This document shows, piece after piece, positions 62,801 to 64,000 of a DNA stretch of 64,000 nucleotides. The notes below the pieces were generated by a model. The model did no database searches. It had not been told where the DNA came from and worked only from the letters and a program-made list of their open reading frames with translations. Origin of the DNA: a virus. Its lineage: Duplodnaviria > Heunggongvirae > Uroviricota > Caudoviricetes. Both the position numbers and the translations under genes were made by a program. Every line of letters starts with the position of its first letter. The first letter of the stretch is position 1. The stretch lies in IMG/VR virus record IMGVR_UViG_3300032236_001858; one strand, given 5' to 3'.

Positions 62801-64000
62801 TAATTGAGTTAAGTAACTATTCTCAAATTACTGGTGCTAATAACGAAATTCAATTACATAGTGGATCTTACTTTGAAGCAATTAAATTAGATACTGAATC
62901 TGCTATAACAGCATATGATACTGATAATATTTACTTATCATCTTCTGATATTAGTAGTATTGACTTATCAAATCGTTCAACATTCTTTGGAGATGTTTCT
63001 CTTTATGATGGTTCTTATATGAGAAACTTTAATATCACAAATAATTCATCATTTGGTGGTGGTATTTACTTAGGAGATTCTGGTGCTGGTTACATCACTA
63101 ACCTATCAATAGATAACAATAGTCAATTTGTTGGCTATATAGATAATGATAGTATTAATTTATATAATGGCTCTACAATTGATAGTGTTAAATTATCTAA
63201 TGATTCAGCATTTACTGGTTATATAGAAATGGGTGAAGGTTCTTACTTTACAGATATTTCTATTGAAAATAACTCTTATATAAGTGGTGATATTTACATC
63301 TATTTAGGTTCTACCGTTAAAAATATTAATATACTAAATGATTCTTATATCGAGGGTTACATGGATATTTATGGTGGTTATGTTAATGATATTAATATTA
63401 GTAACTACTCATTTATGGGTAATACAACTGAACAAGGTGGTATAAAAGTATATAATAATGCCACATTGGAATATATTACAATTAATAATTATTCAAGATT
63501 TAATAGCGTTTATTTAACTGATTCTAATACTAAGTTTTACTATGTAAGCTTAAATAACTATTCATATATTGACCCTAATACTAATTTTTATGGCAACTCT
63601 TATTTAAATTTGAGTAGTGCCTCTGAGATGAAGTATATTGAGTTAGATAACCACTCTCATATTAAAGGAAATCTTTTGTTATCTGCTTCTTATATTAAGA
63701 GACTACAAATGGCTAACTATTCTAAAATTGATGGTGATAACTATCTTTCTAATTCACATATTCAGTATTTCTCAATGTTGAATGTTAGTGATAACTCTGG
63801 TCAATCTTGCTATGGTCCAGGCTTTAACAATTTCTATTTAAGTAATAGTTATATGGAAGGCATCGATCTTAAATGGTCAACTATGGCTGGTTTAACTATA
63901 GAGAATAGTTCTACAATAGAAGGTTTACAAGTATCTAATAGTGGTATATTTAATACACAATTATATAACAACTCTCATATCTATTCAACCAAGATTAATG
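59854..64000 (+). CDS. Very long beta-solenoid tail fibre/spike, 3' end outside the window (not in ORF track)
   Basis: MGLVLRTSH...LTVEQMDNNFIFL fibre head motif; YSVSSIVIYGGRVW; repeats like NIxLxNxSxI; the ATG 59854 frame is in phase with LYNNSHIYSTKIN at the window end; interior not read codon by codon. Confidence 0.85.
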   Translation, partial: MGLVLRTSHMPMPIGATVSNHRLTVEQMDNNFIFLQNLSHSISPLTVSEAKDLMSSSGVVTGQFYLITDAAPYLYGTQSDFGFGDGTNIIVQGLDENTFSTNGWGKFYNPKYNDYDVWDYGASYSVSSIVIYGGRVWHKATSTGNDGSNDYLNLDTDWVPLSHLDETYYNVVWDEIEHIIDAEVYGYGDPISFISSRYDARNNNLVKNNLAVLFYYCQMDPIQGFRWGHDLNLIDNKGVGNCEVINSYLGCLNFVSGSIYDIYLTGFSHIYDINLRSSSLYGIKLSNNSGLHNFSVVDGSSIYGVEIDNDSSFYNFDISGYISNVKISNNSDIHNFALEGYMNDITVENNSVINLDNELYGTFESILVSNSSSFNSIYLDNNNSISNITVSDGSEFSNVSLYDNSYIEYVEVRLNSNFGYMNYYNDAYVENIICENESSIGYASLYDTNLDSIKVSNDSYIEFNSNLYGGYLYGIDMTNDSSIYDLSMTASSYIDTVRMDNGLIQNIEMTNSGYLETLTIETNSYIENLYLDNSYIQYVNISENSSISYLQDDYGMYNSYLTYIEISNNSAIAYTYMDNSYMEYIKLTNESYIGGLFLNRNNSTSESYLSNIDLTNNSYISDDDDTIYLDKGSYFQYVNLENNSYITGYMKLISSNLSNITLTNDSYIDAGYHADGDNVDNYGNYSYKMELHNSNISQLTLNNNSYVGYGHISLTASSAIYNVTLDNFSYIRSWISLDDSGMGHFSLTNHSKFGKTSSNGSIELYNGSAIEYLTMDNALLDGFIYMDNSSMIQVNLNGLPNPDDGNFGNSNYSNYYDFDINSATFGEDIELYDSFLQDIQVSNGGHFGGNYGSIYLESNSFMRSIKLDNGSIFTDVYLGKSRMEYVEVTNGSYIYNIDLEGTDGSSITYLTVNNYSYFGDYIYLDNASMQFIEIDNNSQLQGSNHGDGDISLYSGSYLENIKLSNYSQITGPLSLHDTSYFTLIELSNYSQITGANNEIQLHSGSYFEAIKLDTESAITAYDTDNIYLSSSDISSIDLSNRSTFFGDVSLYDGSYMRNFNITNNSSFGGGIYLGDSGAGYITNLSIDNNSQFVGYIDNDSINLYNGSTIDSVKLSNDSAFTGYIEMGEGSYFTDISIENNSYISGDIYIYLGSTVKNINILNDSYIEGYMDIYGGYVNDINISNYSFMGNTTEQGGIKVYNNATLEYITINNYSRFNSVYLTDSNTKFYYVSLNNYSYIDPNTNFYGNSYLNLSSASEMKYIELDNHSHIKGNLLLSASYIKRLQMANYSKIDGDNYLSNSHIQYFSMLNVSDNSGQSCYGPGFNNFYLSNSYMEGIDLKWSTMAGLTIENSSTIEGLQVSNSGIFNTQLYNNSHIYSTKIN

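Noticed and set aside
1-64000. Stop-codon reassignment (as in some Bacteroidota jumbo and crAss-like phages)
   Set aside because: Genes are full length in the standard code. TGA ends genes at ATGA start overlaps (22383-22386, 32294-32297, 33390-33393) and TAG ends genes before spacers (12055, 31147). The single TAA in the Hc1 gene is isolated.
57694-64000. Diversity-generating retroelement targeting the lectin-like tail genes
   Set aside because: No reverse transcriptase in the window, and no near-identical template/variable repeat pair differing at adenines was seen. The AATGATTTAAGTGG match (about 58510 and 59172) is a short intragenic domain duplication. A whole-genome repeat search would be needed to exclude a distant TR.

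Overview
Very AT-rich, densely coding 64 kb segment of a large T4-like (jumbo) tailed phage in the standard genetic code. The host is probably Bacteroidota: TAnnTTTG -7 promoters, no Shine-Dalgarno sequences, and an Hc1-like histone gene. Content: Ro60/TROVE behind a structured RNA leader; virion structural genes (gp26-like, tail/fibre proteins, a >1380 aa beta-solenoid running off the end); UvsX/RecA, RuvC-like, DNA MTase, CysK, PhoH and GreA; a nucleotide/RNA-processing cluster (metallophosphoesterase, SLOG, 2 HAD, 2 Nudix, nucleotidyltransferase, ligase); and tRNA-Cys. The main pattern is two sets of short peptide tags that largely partition the accessory proteome. (1) About 23 otherwise unrelated proteins begin with a T4 capsid-targeting-like leader (K-K-Y/F-x-E/Q/D-F-I-x-E), mostly behind a T(A/T)ATATATA-N4-7-ATG late-type promoter. 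Two of them carry a signal-peptide-like segment right behind the tag. (2) About 13 other small proteins carry an R-x3-(I/L)-x2-(I/L)-(L/F/V) helix, mostly C-terminal. Two of these are the tag joined to isolated fragments of major capsid protein or PolB motif B. Several RNA-level features were also found: a hairpin-gated late start codon, 5'-3' end pairing of an mRNA, a tRNA with a compensatory U19:A56 elbow, and a collapsed tmRNA-like scar. All family assignments are from motif recognition by eye; no searches were run.
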